Shown here: positions 62,074-64,000 of the stretch, one piece after another | Numbering within the stretch: position 1 is the stretch's first letter | Layout: each line of letters opens with the position of its first letter | DNA from: Phoronis australis | Taxonomy: Eukaryota > Animalia > Phoronida | Assembly (NCBI GenBank): GCA_002633005.1 | Contig: NMRA01000003.1 | Span: 1,664,503 to 1,728,502, forward strand | Direction of reading: 5' to 3' | Length of the DNA stretch: 64,000 nt | Program-made: the position numbers and the translations under genes | The notes under the pieces: generated by a model | What the model was told of the DNA's origin: nothing | The model's database searches: none | The model's input: only the letters and a program-made list of their open reading frames with translations

Positions 62074-62240
62074 ACAATGTGTTGGCTGCTCTTGAACAAG
62101 TTCAGTCCACAACTGTGTGAACAATGTGTTGAACAAGTTCAGTCCACAACTGTGTGAACAATGTGTTGGCTGCTCTTGAACAAGTTCAGTCCACAACAGT
62201 GTGAACAATGTGTTGAACAAGTTCAGTCCACAACTGTGTG
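62026..62240. repeat. Tandem repeat of the last codons and stop (47, 47, 37, 47, 37 bp)
   Basis: AACAATGTGTT(GGCTGCTCTT)GAACAAGTTCAGTCCACAACTGTGTG starts at 62026, 62073, 62120, 62157 and 62204. Confidence 0.97.
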
Positions 62241-63278
62241 AGAGTCACACTTATCAACGGGTCATTTATCACTGGTCATTTTTAGACAAACCCTTAATCT
62301 CTTATTGACATTAAGTTATTTTTTTCGATTGAACTAGTTAAACTGTATTTGTGTCTCTATTGAAAATGCGTACCTGCTATGTTGGTCAATGTTAACGACT
62401 TATCCATTAACCATCTTGCACCATATTTACAAAGCATCAATTTTGACACTGCCTCAAAATATTCCACTCACATCAATTTAACTCATGGTAGAAAAGTGAC
62501 TACTGGTAACCCTTCACTTATTTCGCATAAAAATAACTTGAATAACAGCAAAAAAAAACCCATTTCTGTAGCCTGCAAATACGGACTACTAGTACCCAAG
62601 TTACTATAAATGATCCATATTTCACCAGATGGTGTTTACGACAGCTCTTTAACACACTTAACTAACGGTTGTCAAGAGTGAAACTATGAATGTTCATTTT
62701 TTTACTTAAGAAACCTGAAAATTTTTAATTCTAATTTGCAATATTGTGTGCTTAATTGGTGAAGAATTACCATCTAGTTTCCATGCAGGGAAAACTGACG
62801 GATACCGAAAACATAGAGCAAGCTATGGAAGACTGTAATTAGGCTTTGTTTTCCACCATTTTATCGTAGCTACCTATGGTGTATTCATTCCAGTAATTTT
62901 GTGTTCCGTCTCAGTTCAGGCTATTGCACAGCACCCCTTGTACATTCACCTTTAACTCGACTTCAGTCATTTGCAATGCATTGTGGGATACCAGTCACAC
63001 AGAAAAGGTATGCCTACATTTCTGGCCAACAGGTGGCATGGATGACTGATATTCCACAAATCACTGCGAAAAGGTCAATAGCACAAGCACTAGGCTCTTG
63101 TAGTTTCCAAGAGCTAAAATTTTGTGTTCACGCATGCCTCAGTTGTTCGACCGATTTGGTTTACTTCTTGAACAAATGTCACGAGGAAATTATTTATTAC
63201 TCGATATTTGCACAGATTGAAATCAACTTAAGTGTGAATTTGGCTAAACATGTCAAAGTGGCGTAGACCAGAGTTCAA

Positions 63279-63372
63279 AATAAATGTGATATAACAATGA
63301 GTAGAAGTTGTTACTGTGGTCCAGTATCATACACCTAAGAGATATAGGTAGGATCTTGTGGCGACAAATAAA
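63279..63372 (+). terminator. Candidate polyadenylation signals (AATAAA at 63279 and 63367)
   Basis: Hexamers ~1.2-1.3 kb after the stop. AATAAA is common by chance in AT-rich DNA. Confidence 0.25.
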
Positions 63373-64000
63373 TTGTCAATTGATTGTTCTTTAACAAAAC
63401 TGCATTTCTTATTATATAACACCTGTCTGAATGTGTTGAAGAGCTCCTGGAGCAAGACCCACCTTCTCTTGTTGTGCAACTGCTAGAATTAAACATGTTT
63501 TGCAGCAGGTATTTTGAAAAAACATGGTGATTGCCTATAACCTACATGACCAAGTGTGTAGTGGAAAAAAATCTAGTCGGTTTCACACGAATACCTGCGA
63601 CAATATAATATGCGAATTTGTCTGTCATTTAACTAAACAAGCCAATTGAAAAATCATGAACACGTTACATTCTGCAGAACACAGTACATAAAACAATGTG
63701 AAACTGAAAAAATCCATTTATTATATACATTTTGCTACACTTGTTTATCGGACTACATTTACAACTTCAGGTTAACTGTCGCAGTCATGGCATAAAAAAA
63801 AAGATTGCCCGTCAAAATATCCAACAAGTGACGTTAAACTTGTATAACGCCTACTAGAGTAGCCCATCAATACAAATGAAATAGTTGGCTAGGCATCATC
63901 AACGGAGTATTCAATGTATGTTGCTTTAATAATGTTTCTCTGTTGATGACGTCACTCACTTGGTTCAATTAATGAATTATTTGTCTATTCCAGCACAGTG

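Overview
This is eukaryotic, AT-rich, intron-rich invertebrate DNA, not prokaryotic. A lophotrochozoan such as a mollusc is a guess from the repeat types and gene architecture. The window is dominated by one + strand gene, an ANKFN1 / Drosophila wide awake (wake, banderuola) family member with ankyrin, fibronectin type III, conserved ANKFN1 core and C-terminal Ras-association domains. I traced 12 GT-AG exons with consistent phases from 35941 to the stop at 62073 (871 aa from Met at 35942). A candidate N-terminal exon (24867-25183) can splice in frame onto them, giving about 977 aa. The rest is intronic or upstream DNA with MITEs, tRNA-derived SINEs, Helentron-type repeats, minisatellites, tandem duplications and one assembly gap (16732-17642). 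I found no CRISPR array, rRNA, intact tRNA or intact transposase, and no clearly new biological system. The best leads are tandem repeats that captured a splice acceptor and the stop codon of the gene, a probable alternative first exon that skips the first ankyrin repeat, TIR elements with 6-bp and 5-bp TSDs, a repeat family carrying CTCF-like motifs, and an excess of CRE palindromes.
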